Positions 62,818 through 64,000 of a stretch of 64,000 nucleotides of DNA are shown piece after piece (positions within the stretch are counted from its first letter, which is position 1; each line of letters starts with the position of its first letter). Source of the stretch: Isurus oxyrinchus (lineage: Eukaryota); NCBI GenBank assembly GCA_026770705.1, contig JANJGN010000189.1:434001-498000 (forward strand), read 5' to 3'. The position numbers were made by a program, and so were the translations under genes. The notes beneath the pieces were generated by a model. It saw nothing but the letters and a program-made list of their open reading frames with translations, was not told the DNA's origin and made no database searches.

Positions 62818-63069
62818 CTAAGAACAATTAAAGATTTCATTGTGAACAAGACTCAGTACTGAGGGAGTGCTGCACTGTCAGAGGATCAGTACTGAGGGAG
62901 TGCTGCAGTGTTGGAGAGTCAGTGTTCAGGGACTGCTGCAGTGTCAGAGGTGAATTTGTATCAGTTAAAGACTATTGATTTGTTGCTAAACACAATGCAG
63001 TTGTGGGATCTTGCAATATACTATGTAGAGCTTTCTAGCTAATGTAGATGGAAGGGTGTCCGTTCTTAC

Positions 63070-63366
63070 CTTGCACAGTTAGTACGAGGGTCCGCTCCGA
63101 TGAAACAGATGCATATCTCACTCTGCAGCTGAGAGTGTGTCCGTGGTGTTTGAGTGATGGGATCAGGGTCAGAACAGAAGTATAGGTCAGAGTGACACCA
63201 TGCTGAGTTACAGTGTTTGAGACTGATCCACGTACGTCAGTGGGAGTGTCCCAGGTTAAGACAGGTGCTGCTGTTCCATTGCACGTTGTGTTGAAGGTGC
63301 AGCTTACATCCACACGCTTTCCTGCAATAATTTCAGCAGGGAATATCGTGGGTTTATCTGTGAAAT
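63070..63366 (-). CDS. Unit D: C2-set (type a) exon; V exon lies beyond the window end
   Basis: 297 nt, open; nearly identical to 31007-31303 and 43119-43415. Confidence 0.9.
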
Positions 63367-64000
63367 CTAACAGACAGAGAATGGATCCTTTTAGAGAAAT
63401 ATAACGTGAAGCATCAGTTCAAATAGAAATCACAGTCCCACAAGAGAAAGCACTTTTACAAGGATGATATCAGAACTGAGAGGTTACAATGATCAGGAAA
63501 GATTTTCTTGCTCTTTGGCAGTAGTGTTTCTGTCTCTCAGCTAAATACACGTTCACTCCGAGACATGTGAATTGAGAACACTGGATGAGAGAAGAGGCTC
63601 AGACCAGAGATTGGAGTTAAAAGCAGAATACTGTGGATGCTGGAAATCTGAAACAAAAACAAAAATTGCTGGAAAGACTCAGCAGGTCTGACAGTATCAG
63701 TGGAGAGGAAGACAGGGTTAACGTTTCGAGTCCGTATGACTCTTCATCAGACCAGAGGTTTGAGTTCACTGGCTTCTCATTTCCTCAGTGATCTGGGTGA
63801 TTTATTACATTGTGGTTTGTTGAATCTTGCTGTGCACAAACTGCCTGCTGTGTTTAACATCTGTGACTACAATTCAGGAATAATTTCGTTGGCTGTGAAG
63901 GGATTTGGATCCTCCTGAGGTGGTAAATTGCGCTGCAGAAATGCACATCTTTCTTTTATCGATACGTCAGACTTTTAAACAGGACAGGAGAGATTGATGG

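Overview
Vertebrate, intron-containing genomic DNA. The repeats (DeuSINE/SacSINE1-like SINEs, CR1 LINEs, Penelope-like fragments) suggest a cartilaginous fish; this is inferred, not proven. The window is a birth-and-death cluster of Siglec-family (CD33-related/MAG-like) Ig receptor genes with a complete three-exon hepcidin (HAMP) gene in the middle. Plus strand: (i) the 3' end of an inhibitory Siglec-like gene (TM exon 386-482, cytoplasmic exons 1361-1442 and 2489-2737, ITIM + ITSM-like motifs); (ii) a Siglec pseudogene whose V-set exon is fused to a Gypsy gag-protease remnant at ~13365; (iii) HAMP (16213-16305, 18191-18247, 20645-20761), missed by the ORF track, encoding an atypical 29-aa, 8-Cys mature peptide. 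Minus strand: four tandem paralogous Siglec units. Unit D (runs off the right edge) has tandemly amplified C2 exons, an uncharged TM and a YxN-type tail. Unit C is an apparently intact 281-aa V-C2-TM receptor with an Arg in its TM and no tyrosine tail (activating type). Unit B is a pseudogene. Unit A has a frameshifted V exon and an Arg-TM whose stop codon is lost by a deletion. Together these look like a paired activating/inhibitory Siglec system. Most long ORFs in the ORF track are minisatellite, microsatellite or TE artefacts. Exon coordinates were read by eye from splice signals and reading frame; no expression data or database searches were available.
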